From Paraspadella gotoi (Eukaryota; Animalia; Chaetognatha), in contig CM119268.1 in NCBI GenBank assembly GCA_051294375.1, positions 3,700,981 through 3,764,980 of the forward strand: DNA of 64,000 nt, given 5' to 3'. The position numbers and the translations under genes were made by a program. The notes under the pieces were generated by a model. That model worked only from the letters and a program-made list of their open reading frames with translations, ran no database searches and was not told where the DNA came from. How positions within the stretch are numbered: the stretch's first letter is position 1; each line of letters opens with the position of its first letter. Positions 1 to 13,345 of this stretch are shown one piece after another.

Positions 1-518
1 GAGAGAGAGAGAGAGAGAGACTGAATATCGACGTTTCGGGTCAGTGCATGGAGAGAGTGAGGCTTTTAATAGAGAGAGTGATTGACACGAGGGTAAGTTG
101 ACAAGTCGCCATTTTCCAAATGGGAGTAAGGATTTCCGGGTGGGACGGTGAATGATCCAGATGTTAGTTCGGGACGAAATTGGGGTGAGGCAAATATTTG
201 GTAAAGACGGTGAGGTGAAAGTGTCTAAAATGTGAGATCATTTTAGTCGTGAGCTCAAATAGCAAGAGTTTTAGTAAAGAGTTGAATTTATTTAGTTTGT
301 TTTGTCAGTTAGTTTAATTAATTAATTTAAAGGAAGATGGGAGAGGGTTGAAATAACAAGAGCGCTTTAATCAGTGTTCGATACTGCATAGACGCGTGGC
401 CTGGTACTTTACTTCTCTCTTCTTCCTTCTCTTCTTCCTAATTCTCATCTTCCTCCTTATCCCCCTCTTCATCCTCCTCCTATTCTTCCTCCTNNNNNNN
501 NNNNNNNNNNNNNNNNNN

Positions 519-3200
519 TCATACCTCCTCCTCTTTCCTCTCCTTCTTTCCTCTTCCGTATTCCTCTTCGCTCAATCTCCTCCTCCTGCCCCCGTTTTGG
601 GATCCTCTTCCTCCATTCCTCCTCCTAATCACTCCTCGTCTTCCTTCCTCTTTTCTATTTCTCTTTCCTTTTTCTCCTTTCTATGCCTCCTCCTCTTTCT
701 TCCTCTCTTTCCTTTCCTATTCTCCTTCTCATCCTTCCTCGTGTTACGTGAGCATGGCATAATTAGTGGGTTTCATTGGTGCCCCCGTTTTTTTGACTCC
801 TCTCCGTCTTCCTCACTCCCCCCTCCTCATCCTTCTTCCGTCCTCCTCTTTCAATTCCTTCCTCTCCTCTTTCCCTTCCACCACCCTTCCTTTTTTCCTT
901 TTTTCTCATGTCGAACTGCCGGAAAAAGCTGCGGTGATTTAGAGACGATGGGCCTTATTTCCGTATAACACTGTTTATCTTTCTAAGCTTTACTTTTGTT
1001 TAGGACCAAACCTTATAGCGCACAGGGCAGACAGAGGAAGCATGGACAGGATAATTGACAGGACAGATAGACAGGAAAACCTTTTTTATAAGTTCGGCTT
1101 TTGGTAGGAAGGGACCCTCTCAAATAGATCGATTTTACATGCTCGCGGTAGGGGTTCGGAGTGTGGGGTGCGAAATAGGGGAGAATGTTAAAGAGATGCG
1201 CAAGGCAAAGAAGGCGGTTATAGGGGAGGATAAAAGGCGTTCGGAGGAAAGAAGACAAAGAAGGCGGAGGAAAGGAGGCTTGACGGGAAGGAGGCTGAGG
1301 GAAAGGAGGCTGAGGAAAGTGAGTGCGGAGGATAAGAGGAAGGGGGCGGGTCGGGAGGGGCGGCGTGTGGGTAGGATAAGGATTGCGGAGGAATAGGGAG
1401 GCGGAAGAAAGAAGGTAAAAAAAGTTGGAGGGAAAGAGTGCGGATTATGGGAAAGGAGGCTGATGGTTAGGAGGCGAATGGGAAGAGTGCGGAGGGCACG
1501 ATTAGAGCGAGGCGTTTTTAGGCCGCCCAGCTCTTCCATTCGCCGTTCGTTGCTGCCTCCTCCTCATTCCTCGCTCCTCTCCCTTCCGGCAACCCTTCAG
1601 GAGTGAGACCAGGGGATTTCACTCTCTCTGGCTTCAGCTCTCTGGGAGTTGGGCAGGTCGCGCGCTCACCACCAGAGTCGGGGCACCAGATCCTCACTCC
1701 CTTCCTCTTATTGATTTTGTACATCATCGTCCAGTATTTAGACGTTATTAGGATCATATCTTTACTTACTGTTTTTCCTGATGAGGAGCTGTCGTATTAC
1801 CTTTTAGTGATGACCCATTCTTCGCAGTGGAGGAAGAAGAAAAGAGAGGGAGGAAAGAAGGTGAGGAAAGGAGCAGATGAAGAGTAGGGAAAAAAGAGTT
1901 GCGGGCGAAAGGAGGCGGGCCACGGGTACGATAGTGAGGCTGTGAGGGGACGGGAAAGGAGGCAGCAGGGAAAAAAAGGAAAGAGGCGTGAGAAAGAGCG
2001 GGCCGGGGGAGGGAAGGAGGCGGATAAAAAGAGGCTGGAGGGGAAAGCTGAGCGCGGCCGGAAGAGGAAGCAGAACCAGAGGAAAGTGAAGGCGACAAGA
2101 GGCGGGGCGCTAGCCGGGGGGGCTGAGGGGGAGATGGGAAAAAGAGGCAGCGAGGAGAAGAAGAGGCCGGGGCGGAGGAGAGCATAGGCGGAGCGGTAAG
2201 GAGGCGAAAAGAAAAATGAATGGCGGAGGGGCGGAGAAGGGGCCTGGGTATCGGGGCTCGTACATTGTCAGAGAGCTTGATCGAAATCTCGGCACGGTGC
2301 TTTCAAGTATACTGGTCTGGGGGCAAGATGGTATCGAAGCTTGATAGGTCTGGTCGTGATGTACGTCGGCCTCGGCCGTTAGCATAATCGGGAATGGAAC
2401 CACTTAGAATCCGCTTCAGGCGATCAACTTCCCAACCAAAAAAAAAAAAAATATGAGGGGAGAACGGAAGAGGAGATGAGGAGGAGGCGAGGGGAGGAGG
2501 AGTAGGTGGAGGAGGAGGAGGGACAGATGCCGAACAGTAACACGAGATAAGAATACCCATTAAGAAATGAGTTTTTGATTGAGGGAAATGTGTAGGAGAG
2601 GAGAGACGGTGGTCTGGAAGAAAAGAGTGTTTTTTAAAAAAGAATCAGGGTTTAGGTAGGAAATAAAAGGAAAAAGAGAGAAATAAAAAAAGTGTATTGC
2701 TCTCTCAAGGAAAACATAAAGACCCGGTCGCGAGAGAAGTAAAAAGCTGGGTAGGGGCGACTTCAGTGTAATTATATTTTTTCTAGCTCAACAGAGTCAT
2801 TCAGCTCAATAAGTATTAAAGAAAGATAAAGGTATAAGAAAGACGGAAGAAGGAGAGACGGCACGATTAGTAAAATAGAAAGATCCGAAGTATAAGAAGA
2901 CTTAAGAAAGAGGTAAGGAATAGAGGATACGGAAACCGGAGGGACCCGAAGAAAGAAGAGAAAGGACTCGATACAATAATTTACCCCGACAGTTGTAAAA
3001 TCTCTAAGTAGTACAACAGTTGTAATCGTGACTAGAACTGAGGGGCCAAATACCAAAAGAAATAACGACAATAAAACAAGAAATATCGGAGAAAGTAAAC
3101 GAGATGAAAAACGGACAACGAAACGAAGCGGTGGTAGAGCATGTGTGGCGCAGAACGAGTGGCCGGAAAAGTTAAACAATTGGAATAGCGAAGAACCCGG
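519..3200 (+). repeat. Indel-rich duplicate of ~3520-5349
   Basis: 900-1170 matches 3610-3850 and 2430-3180 matches 4852-5349. The block starts right after a 25-N gap. Confidence 0.85.
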
Positions 3201-5097
3201 ATTCTCCGCATTTTCATCTTCTAATTTTCTTCTTTTGCTTTCTTACTAGGGGAGTCCTCTCTCTCTGCTCTTCTCTCTCTCTCTGTCTCTCCTTCGTCCT
3301 TTCTCTACCTCTCTCTCTTCGTTCGTCTCTCTGTGCTCTCTCTCGTCGTCTTCTCTCTCTCTCTCTCTCTCTCCTCGTCTCTCTCTCTCTTGGCTTCGTT
3401 TTCTCTTGTGGTTTGTGTTTGTGGTGTTTTTGATTTATATTGACTTTCTTGGGCCTCGCCAGCAGATGGGAGTGCGAAGAAGAGAGAGAGAGAGATCAGA
3501 GAGAAGTCTCTCTGCTTTTCTTTCCTCTTCCTCATCCCCCTCCTCATCCTCTTCCTCCTCCTCTTCCAATTCCTCCTCCTCCTCTTCCTCCACCTTCCTT
3601 TTCCACTTTTTCTCATTCGAACTCCGAAAAAGCGTGATTTAAACGACTGGGCCTTTTTCCGTAACACTTTTATCTTTCTAAGCTTACTTTTTTTAGGACA
3701 AACCTATAGACGCACAGACAGACAGAGGAAGAGACAGATAATTAGACAGACAGATAGACAGAAAACCTTTTTATAAAGTCGCTTTGGTAGAAGGGACCCC
3801 TCAAAAGATCGATACAGCTCTGAGGTAGGGGTTCAGGAGTGGGGTGCAAAGGGAGAAGGTAAGAAGGCGGAGGAAAGAAGGCGGAGGCGGAGGAGAAAAG
3901 GCGGAGGAAAGANNNNNNNNNNNNNNNNNNNNNNNNNNNNNNNNNNNNNNNNNNNNNNNNNNNNNNNNNNNNNNNNNNNNNNNNNNNNNNNNNNNNNNNN
4001 NNNNNNNNNNNNNNNNNNNNNNNNNNNNNNNNNNNNNNNNNNNNNNNNNNNNNNNNNNNNNNNNNNNNNNNNNNNNNNNNNNNNNNNNNNNNNNNNNNNN
4101 NNNNNNNNNNNNNNNNNNNNNNNNNNNNNNNNNNNNNNNNNNNNNNNNNNNNNNNNNNNNNNNNNNNNNNNNNNNNNNNNNNNNNNNNNNNNNNNNNNNN
4201 NNNNNNNNNNNNNNNNNNNNNNNNNNNNNNNNNNNNNNNNNNNNNNNNNNNNNNNNNNNNNNNNNNNNNNNNNNNNNNNNNNNNNNNNNNNNNNNNNNNN
4301 NNNNNNNNNNNNNNNNNNNNNNNNNNNNNNNNNNNNNNNNNNNNNNNNNNNNNNNNNNNNNNNNNNNNNNNNNNNNNNNNNNNNNNNNNNNNNNNNNNNN
4401 NNNNNNNNNNNNNNNNNNNNNNNNNNNNNNNNNNNNNNNNNNNNNNNNNNNNNNNNNNNNNNNNNNNNNNNNNNNNNNNNNNNNNNNNNNNNNNNNNNNN
4501 NNNNNNNNNNNNNNNNNNNNNNNNNNNNNNNNNNNNNNNNNNNNNNNNNNNNNNNNNNNNNNNNNNNNNNNNNNNNNNNNNNNNNNNNNNNNNNNNNNNN
4601 NNNNNNNNNNNNNNNNNNNNNNNNNNNNNNNNNNNNNNNNNNNNNNNNNNNNNNNNNNNNNNNNNNNNNNNNNNNNNNNNNNNNNNNNNNNNNNNNNNNN
4701 NNNNNNNNNNNNNNNNNNNNNNNNNNNNNNNNNNNNNNNNNNNNNNNNNNNNNNNNNNNNNNNNNNNNNNNNNNNNNNNNNNNNNNNNNNNNNNNNNNNN
4801 NNNNNNNNNNNNNNNNNNNNNNNNNNNNNNNNNNNNNNNNNNNNNNNNNNNGAGGAGGAGGAGGAGGAGGAGGAAAGACCGAACAGAACAACGAGAAAGA
4901 ATACCCAAAAAAATGAGTTTTTGATTGAGGAAATGTGAGAGAAAAGAGGTTTAAAAAGAACAGGATTATAGAAATAAAAAGGGAAAAAACAAGAAGAAAA
5001 AAAGTGATTCTTAAGGAAAAAACCGGGAGAGAAGTAAAGTGTAGGCGACTTCAGTGCAATTTATTTTTTCAGCTCACAGAGCATTCAGAATAAGATA

Positions 5098-5180
<83 letters not shown>
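5098..5180 (+). repeat. (AAAG)n microsatellite
   Basis: Perfect array of about 20 units; another AAAG-rich array lies at ~29720-29882. Confidence 0.95.
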
Positions 5181-5181
<1 letters not shown>

Positions 5182-5374
5182 CCGACAAAAAAACCCCGAC
5201 AGTTGTAAAAACTCTAAAGAGTAACAAACATTGTATCGTAGAGAACGAGGCAAAACAAAAAAACGACAATAAAAACAAGAAACATCGAGGAAAGTAAACG
5301 AGAGAAAACGACAACGAAAACAAGCGGGAGAACGAGTGCGAGAACGAGTNNNNNNNNNNNNNNNNNNNNNNNNN

Positions 5375-7560
5375 TGGAAGATCGTCCACGTAAAAGTTAA
5401 AGATGTTTGGACTGATTATCCCTCCCTGTGCGTGCACCTTTTTGCAGCGTTAGCTGTTTGAGATATAGTGTTGCCCGTCAACAACATGTCATTCTCTCTC
5501 TTTGTAAGTATGAATGATTATTCTTATCAGCTCTCTCTGGATATCTGGCTTTAAACAATTTTTAATATGAGGCCACGCCTCCACATTGAGTTAAAAGCGA
5601 CAGAGAAATCTAAAAAGCAACAGCCAATGGCAGTGCACTTTTCTTTTTCCGGAAACCCAGAGTTGATATCTCTTACGAGTCTTACTACATTCTTCATTGA
5701 GCACCCTATTTTTTTCATGTAAGCCAGATTGAGAGACCGCAGTAGTCCCTAAAGAAGTTGGATGTATTTAAACCAAAGCTGTTTCTTGATCACGTCTTTC
5801 CAGTATATTTTCCAACAACCCGATATTAAGCTTATAGGACGATAGCTTTTTACACAATGCAGTGGATTTTTGCCAGGCTTGTGGAGCATTCTCTTCAGGT
5901 TCTGAAGTCGCTTCCAGTTATTGAGGAAACAGACCCCTTCATGAGACCAGCTTTCATATTTCTACCAGCGCAAAATAATTCATTAAATGGGAGACTTGTT
6001 CAGCATAACTGGTAATCCCATCCTTTACCAGGTGCAAGATCAGTTTTTAGATTTCTGTATAAAGCTGATGACGCGTTTCGACATTGCAAATTTGCTAGTT
6101 TCTGATTCATGATTGTTCATTGTTGGTTTAGAAGATTCTGGTGCTGATTTATTGAAGTTCGTCCAACTTCAGACAAAAACCCCTGGGTTTTTTATGTTTG
6201 GTTCAGGCATGGCATGTACCGTCTTCCATTCTTTCTGCAAAAGGTCTCTAACTTTTCTCTTTTTGTGCTGTGCATGTGCCTGATTCTTTTGAAGCATGCA
6301 GTTCCGCCTGTCACCACCACCTCTGCTCCTTTGTACCCCAATAATATCATTGATTAGTCTCCACCTTTTTTATTTTCCGCTAGTCAACTTGCCTTTTCAA
6401 TTTTTTGACATATGCTTTGTTCATAAAAGATATTTATCTTTCTGTTTAGTCTTTCTTGTGAGCTTCACGGGAGAGTATAATTGAAATTCATGTCTCCATT
6501 TTATTTTTTCAGATTTGTCAAACTATTGAAGTGTCTTTGTCTCGATTCTCTTTATGCCATTGAGCGTTTTCTTGGTCTATGCTTTATTGTCATTAAAAGA
6601 GAGTTGCACCCATTCCTAGATGGATTTATGCACTCGATTCGCTTTCTTTTTTTGCTTGCTGGACAATTTTGCTCCAGGTCTTCAAAACCTTATCTTCTTG
6701 TATTTGTTGCTTTTCCAGGAGTCTTCGTTCAATTGGAACATTCCCAAAATTCTTTCCAACCATATATTGTTGAAATTTGTGTACAAAAATCGAGTTTAGT
6801 TTATGCTTTCCTCGTATTTATTATCATTTTAATATGGATTTATTTGTTAGGCTTGCAAGTGATCACTGCCTACGGTCATCTAAAACTTCATAACCTTCTA
6901 CTTTGCTTCACAAGTATCATTGTTACAAAAAAACATAGTTCTAAGACATTCCATCTCCGTTTATTTTTACTTATGCTATGTTGCAAGGTCAGTGTGTATG
7001 TTATTAAGTTGGTTTTTGACAACTAGTTTACCAAATGCTCGGCCGGGCAGCAGAATCAAGTTCTGGCCCCTAAGTATTTTGGAAGAGAGTTAAAGTCCCC
7101 AATACGGATTTTATGTTTCGAGTTTTAAACCCCACTCCATCTTCAATTAAAGTCTTCAGGAAGTTGGTGGCCCGGGGTGATTGTACAGATGTGCCCTATG
7201 ATTAGATTTTCTCCCCTCTGCGGGATGAATTTCTGCGATCAGCCCTCATTTAATTTTAGCTTTCTTCCATTTCACGGGCAAACTGAAGTCTTTTGGGCAC
7301 CCCTATACAGACACCGCTTTGCCTGATGTATGGATTATTGGCATTATTTTTCAATATAAATTTAAAGTTTTTAAATCTAAGGTGTTTACATTTGTGTTCT
7401 GATATCGTTAAAGACAAGTTAAAAGACGTTTTTTTCTCGACATTTTCCGCTACAAATTTTTTAGCTCAGTTAGTCGTGTAGGATTCTCATTAGTATTTAA
7501 GCATCAAAATACAGAAAATTATTGTAATCCATTCCATTGCTTGCTGCTTTACCTTTCTCG
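5375..7560 (-). pseudogene. LINE ORF2: apurinic-like endonuclease plus N-terminal part of reverse transcriptase; many frameshifts and stops
   Basis: GDFN and SDH endonuclease motifs, then APGxDG, YRPISL, FLDFSxAF and QGxxxSPxxFNxYxDDL RT motifs. The sequence stops at the 25-N gap before the catalytic YADD motif. Confidence 0.9.
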
Positions 7561-8960
7561 GTTGCACTCCGATTCAGATGGTATTTTTGTTTGCTTTGTT
7601 CGTAGCGATTGGCTCTTTGAAGGTCTCTTCCAATTACTGAGTCTCCTTCCTTCTGTGAGAAGTTGACTACTGGGACAGGATTTGTCAGAGTCTGACGTTA
7701 CATAGAGTGAAACATTTGTCAGAGGCTTTGTTTTCATTGCTCGCAGTATTCCCAGAAAGCGGAGGCATATCTGTCAGCCCAACAGAACTTATTTTGCAGT
7801 GTTGTTGTTGGAATTTGGAGAGCGGGATCTTTATTGTTATTCTGATGTTATTGTCCAACCTCAGAAACACTTTTGGATACGTTATTGCTCACAAACATGG
7901 CTCTGTTTTGAAGCTTTTCACCATATTTTCGCTCAGGGTCCAGAGAAATGAGGTCGGTGAGATTTTTTCTTTTTCTTTTGTCGAAAATTCCCGAACCAGC
8001 AGGCAGTAGTTAAAATATATTGTGTAAGGTTCTGATTCAGAAATTGTGTTTTTGTTTTTACAGAATTCTGCATAGGAGGGTTTTAACCAAAGGTGGTTTG
8101 TTGAGTATTGTCCTTCCTCTTTCTGGGGCTTTTATGGCTTCTGAAGTGACATTGCACCTGTACTCGAGATTTAAGTATGCCGTCTCTCCGACAGTTGTAC
8201 TTTCCAATGGCTAATGGATTTGCACTCTTTGCTGGCTAGTGTTTGCCACACCTAACAACCGGAGACAGAGTTGTTCTCTTTCAGGACAGGTTCTACTGCC
8301 GTGACCAAAACCTTTGACACCGGTAAACACTGAAGGCTCCGCCGCATTTTGCTAGTGGCACAAAATTGTGATTTTTTGAAGTACCATTCTGTAACCTCTC
8401 ATTCAAAAGCTATATGCTAGCCGATTCAGCAGAGGTTAGACCACGACTTTTAACGTTTCCAGAGTTTTCGCCACCTTTGGTAGACGAAACCATTCGCTTT
8501 ATTGATTCCACCCCAAAGCACCTCCTGTTAAATGGACCTCTGGATTTAATGAAGTCATCTCACCATATCAGGTTCGAGCACTCGCGACAACATGACAATA
8601 AATTTTGTATGGCATTTTTAGCCATTTAACCTCCCTTCGGTAGTGACTTCTATACTCTTATTGAGACCAGTTTCTCTATTGTAAACAGAGTGTGAAGTCT
8701 TTATCATACGGACATTACGGTAGTAATATCCCCTTCCACTCAATAACTTTATTTTCACTGATACTGCCAGATCCTTTGTAGGTGTTTTGAATAAAGTTGC
8801 GAGGTTACACGAGATTCGTTAATAGTATCGGGGAACATCGGTTGAAATTATTAACTGAAATCATTTCTATGCGAGCTGTTTCTCAATCTTATGGAAATGA
8901 ATGTCAGTGATGTTCCAGTGTTAGATATTTTTCGGTTATTAACCCCACGCGCGTGTTATG
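7560..8960 (-). pseudogene. LINE ORF1: gag-like nucleic-acid-binding protein with CCHC zinc knuckles; disrupted
   Basis: CxxCxxFGHxxxxC is recovered at 8286-8332 after removing two single-base insertions. Further Cys/His remnants lie at ~8170-8270, followed by an S/T/N/K-rich C-terminal region toward 7560. Boundaries are approximate. Confidence 0.75.
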
Positions 8961-9013
8961 ACTTACTATTTGCATGTTTACGGTATCCAAAAGCCTTCCT
9001 GAGAGAGAAGAGA

Positions 9014-9052
<39 letters not shown>

Positions 9053-9554
9053 CGTGTCTCCTATTAATAATTCATTCTTGCGGAAAAATCATCGACGTTT
9101 ATTGGAATGAGAGAAAGAAAGTTGAGATAAAAAAAACAAAACTGTAAAAGCCTATAAGAGATCAAACTGTTTACCGGTAAAAAACAGTAGATTACCTACG
9201 AATTAAATCATTCAAGTGATACATTTGCAAGAAACATTGTCAATCACAGTAAACTAATCAGGCGTCAACCAAAGAAAATAAAAGTAGTAAAAACCCAGTA
9301 AAATGTCGGGCAAAAGGGTTATCAATTATCACAACACAGTAACACTTCCCCCTTATCACTTCTCACTCATCACTTTTCACTCATCACTTGCGACTAGACT
9401 ATCAGTTCTCGAGGGAAGTGACGAATATCGATTTGAGACTTTAAAGCCACGCCCTTGTAACACACCCCATTTCTCCGCCACTCCCTCTAAGTGTCAAATC
9501 CACAACCGCTTCCTTTCGCCCAAAAAGTATCGACCCATAAATCACAAAATAAAC

Positions 9555-9950
9555 GCAGTCGGCGCCGTCACCCACGACCTATGACGCCGCCCAGAGCCGA
9601 CGACGCCGCTCATATTCGACGCCCACAGCCTATGACACCGCCTACGGTCGACGCCCACACCTGATAACGCCGCCCACCGCCGACGATAGCGGCACAGCCA
9701 ATGCCATCGGTCAATGACGCTGCGCACAGCAGCCACCCACAGCCGTCGCCCTCAGTCGACGCTCACAAACGGCCACGGCGTCATCGTCGCCATTTTGAAA
9801 TGATCGCGCGATTTTCTCTCGGCGCCGGAAATGGGGTTACGGTCTCTCCGACGGAGAAAATCTCGGCATTGTGGAGGCGGAAATGAGGTTCGGGAGCGTT
9901 TCCGGAGAATAGGAATCAAAGATGGCGGAAGTTTGGGGGGGACACGCCCA
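9555..9950. promoter_or_regulatory. CpG-rich patch with divergent YY1-type motifs
   Basis: cgccattttg at ~9788-9797 (AAAATGGCG on the minus strand), aagatggcgg at ~9919-9928 (plus strand), and CGGAA cores between them. Confidence 0.3.
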
Positions 9951-10269
9951 CAATTTTTTTTTATTCTTNNNNNNNNNNNNNNNNNNNNNNNNNNNNNNNN
10001 NNNNNNNNNNNNNNNNNNNNNNNNNNNNNNNNNNNNNNNNNNNNNNNNNNNNNNNNNNNNNNNNNNNNNNNNNNNNNNNNNNNNNNNTATTTTGTTTTCG
10101 TTTCAAAGTTTTAACTTTCATAAGTGACTTTTTTTAACTGCTTATCTCACGCCTTTTTATTCTTATCTCTCTCTCCCGGGGAGAAGATAACGACTCGTTT
10201 CACGAAATCCATCACCGTCGATTCACTTTCGGGATTCGTTTTTCTCTCACAGGATTCACGTGACAGGAT

Positions 10270-10345
10270 CTCACAAAATCTCCTTCCCTGTTCACAAAAT
10301 CTCTTTTCCTGTTCACAAAATCTCTTTTCCCGGTGACAAAATCTC
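10270..10345 (+). repeat. 21-bp tandem repeat TCACAAAATCTCTTTTCCTGT, ~3.5 units
   Basis: Read directly from the sequence. Confidence 0.85.
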
Positions 10346-11864
10346 GTCTCACAGGGAATGGCTGTCACTTTTTCCCTCAAGTAACGAGGGTTAATTTCAC
10401 CACAATTTTTTTCTTCATCTTCCGCTTAACTTTTCTCACGATGAATTCACTTTTCACTTTCACCGTCTCATAATTTATCTCACAAAAACGTATAAGCTTC
10501 ACCATTCAGTCTTTCTCACAAGAATCACATTATCTCAATAACGTCCTTCCTTTCACGCGCGAGTCACGTCACTTCTCTCGTCCGATTCTTTCTCACCTTT
10601 CACACGGAGAAACGACTCNNNNNNNNNNNNNNNNNNNNNNNNNNNNNNNNNNNNNNNNNNNNNNNNNNNNNNNNNNNNNNNNNNNNNNNNNNNNNNNNNN
10701 NNNNNNNNNNNNNNNNNNNNNNNNNNNNNNNNNNNNNNNNNNNNNNNNNNNNNNNNNNNNNTAGATCCGTGCGTACGTGTGTAGACTCGGTTGATTTGTT
10801 GAGACGCCATTCGATTCGCTTCGCTTATATCCTTGACTCCGACTCTTCGTTCAGAAGTCGATTTTTTAGTTTGGGAAGTCGTGAGTAAAAAATTATTAAC
10901 GGGAAATTTTGTAAGTGGGTGATTTGAATTTTTATACGAAATGTTTTTTTTTTCTTTTACTACAAATATATTCAATTTTCGCTAAATTAAATCCGTACTC
11001 GTGGACCTTATGAAATATTTATCAATGTTTCAAGGCTATTTATAAAAAAGAAATAAGAGTACAACTTAGTAAAAGAACAAAATTATAAGATATAATGATA
11101 AATAAAAAAAAATTTTAAAAAATATATATATAATTAAATAAATTAATAAAATTAATACAAACCGAAATACAGTAAAATAGTGTACTTGTACGTATAATAT
11201 CGAACCTTTACAAAAAATCTGGTCAAGCAAAAAAAAAACTCAACTTTCCCTCAATATTTTTCTTTCCGAAATTTACGATTTGTAAAAAAATTATTCAAAT
11301 TTGCGTAAACGGGGATGGAAAAAAAAGAAAAGGAACGAAAAAAAAAATTAAAATTAATTCGATATCGCTTCTCAACATTACGAGGTCGCTAAATCCGTTT
11401 TACGATCCCGACCGTCGATCTTTATCAAAATATGCAAATTTTATCTCGGGCCAATTTCTTTTTTAGCCGCGAAAAAAAAAAGAAGGAAAGAAAAAAGAAG
11501 AATATGCGATGGTGTTTCTTTGCTTTTGCCTGGACCAAGAGCGAGAAGTAGCGGAGGGTGAATAATAATTTCAGTTTTTACAAAAAAATGTAGAGTTTTT
11601 AAATCAAGATTTTAAGTATAAAGCATTATTTTAATAAAAACTTTCTTCTTTATTTCTTTTTCCTTTTCTTTCTTTTTTCTTTCTTTTTTCTATCTCTTCT
11701 ATCTATTATTTCCGATATCCCCATTTAAAATCATTAAGGATCGCCGTGTTGTAAAACGGGCACGTCGCGGCGAGTAAACTCGGAAATAAACAAAGACACA
11801 GAAGGAAGGAAAAAGAAAACAATAATGTCAACCTCCCCGTTTCGGCCTCCCCTCTCTCTCTCCT

Positions 11865-11917
<53 letters not shown>

Positions 11918-13224
11918 TCTCTTTCTCCTCCTCTCTCTCTCTCTCCGTCTCTCTTTAAGGGGCAAGGTGACCAGGGGGTAAAATAAAAAGCTGGGTGCTG
12001 AAAGCATAACGTTTTAACCCTTTAATTTAAGGGCTGGTTTCTGACTATATGATCTTTTTTATAATCATTGGGAAAGTGTAAAAATCGGAATATAATCAGC
12101 TTGCTTAATTTTTTTTTAATCGGTAAGAAAGAAGGAAAATCTTTTTTTCAAATTATAATTTTTTTTTTTAAGGATAAGATCTAATTAAAAGTTTTCAGCT
12201 TATAACAAAAATTTTATAATAAAAAATCAGGAATGAATCAAAAAAAAATTTAGGTATATCCTTATAATCAACTTGATTTTTAAAACTTTTTTTTTAAAAA
12301 GATTCTGTTATGGATTTAAAAATACCTTTGAAGTATATAAATATAAAGAAGATAAAGTTCTGTACTTTTGCTATTATTCTTATATTATAATTAGGATAAT
12401 ATAATTTAATTACATATATAAGGGAAATGAATGATTTAATTAATAGTTATTACACAGTTTATTTCTATAAGAATTACAATTTAGTTGATTTTTTTCTGCT
12501 TAGTGAATATAAAATAAAAGCTTTTTCAATAACGGGCTCCTTTATCCTAAAAATTGTAGACTTTATTTATACAATAAAAATAATAAATTTGGAATTAGTA
12601 GTTATAGTTTAAAAAATATTTTTCAATTTAAAATAAATTAATAAGATCATATAATATTAAGGTAGGAGATTAAAACCTCTAAATTTTTGGTTTCTGCTAC
12701 AATTAGAGATAGGAATTTTTAGCCACTTGGTTGTAAAGAAAATTACATGATATCACCATTCAAATTCCTTTTGATGATAGACCTTAAGCTATGATATCAT
12801 TTTTCACTGGCCCTTAAGCTATTTCTTTTCCCTTTTCTTTTTTTTGTTTCTCTCGCTTTTCTATCCTTTTTTTATGTTAATTCAATATTTCTGTTAATGT
12901 AAAGTTACCATGACTGTTAATTTTTAGTTTTTAAGAAATGTACATTTAGCCTTTACGTTTCTATCAATTAAATTTTAAAAGTATATACATGTAACTTAAT
13001 GGGAATTCATCTCTGCTTTCCGTCGGAGGAGACCGTGGGAGAAGCGGAGAAAGAAAAAACAACAAAACAGAAGGGCAAACATCAACGAACTTGCGGGGAG
13101 AAAACAACTAAAACCAAATATACAATTGACCAATACGAACTTTAGCCAACACGGATGAATGAAAATGTTATATAGACATTCGATAACCGTAGTTAATATG
13201 CATTCAGAAAACCACCTGATATTT

Positions 13225-13345
13225 AATAATTATAATAATATTAATAAATAATAATATATAAAATAATAATTTAATAATAATAATTTAATAATAATAAATA
13301 ATAATAATATAATAATAAAATTAATTATTAATATTAATAATAACA
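13225..13345 (+). repeat. Degenerate (TAA)n microsatellite
   Basis: Read directly from the sequence. Confidence 0.85.

Larger units (their letters stand above)
5375..8998 (-). mobile_element. Non-LTR retrotransposon (LINE, APE-type, two ORFs, I/Jockey-group-like architecture), frameshifted, 3' part cut at a gap
   Basis: Minus-strand motifs in canonical order: CCHC knuckle QC(Y)RCQRFGHGSRTC ~8286-8332; endonuclease QWNG ~7528-7539, LYNHP ~7173-7188, IGDFNS 7086-7103, GSDHL 6856-6870; RT APGKDGI ~6013-6035, YRPISL 5827-5844, FLDFSVAFNS ~5587-5616, QGGIISPNIFNFYVDDLP 5375-5428. The 5' end (~9000) is approximate. Confidence 0.93.

Noticed and set aside
29-45. CGAAACGTC on the minus strand (hammerhead 3' box)
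   Set aside because: No CUGANGA box or stem II at a suitable distance upstream.
1520-2430. Complex sequence islands (1520-1830, 2240-2430) as possible exons or foreign DNA; also 14290-14720, 25500-25800 and 55300-55950
   Set aside because: All lie inside error-rich gap-fill segments with no recognisable motif. Where a sister copy exists (25500-25800, 55300-55950), they are garbled versions of ordinary AT-rich sequence.
3742-4938. 350-390-aa ORFs
   Set aside because: They consist almost entirely of the 939-N gap.
6065-6082. ctgatgacgcgtttcg (CTGATGA on plus; CGAAACGCGTC on minus)
   Set aside because: The two boxes lie on opposite strands within LINE ORF2; coincidental.
6481-7026. 181-aa plus-strand ORF
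   Set aside because: It is antisense to LINE ORF2 and has no recognisable motif.
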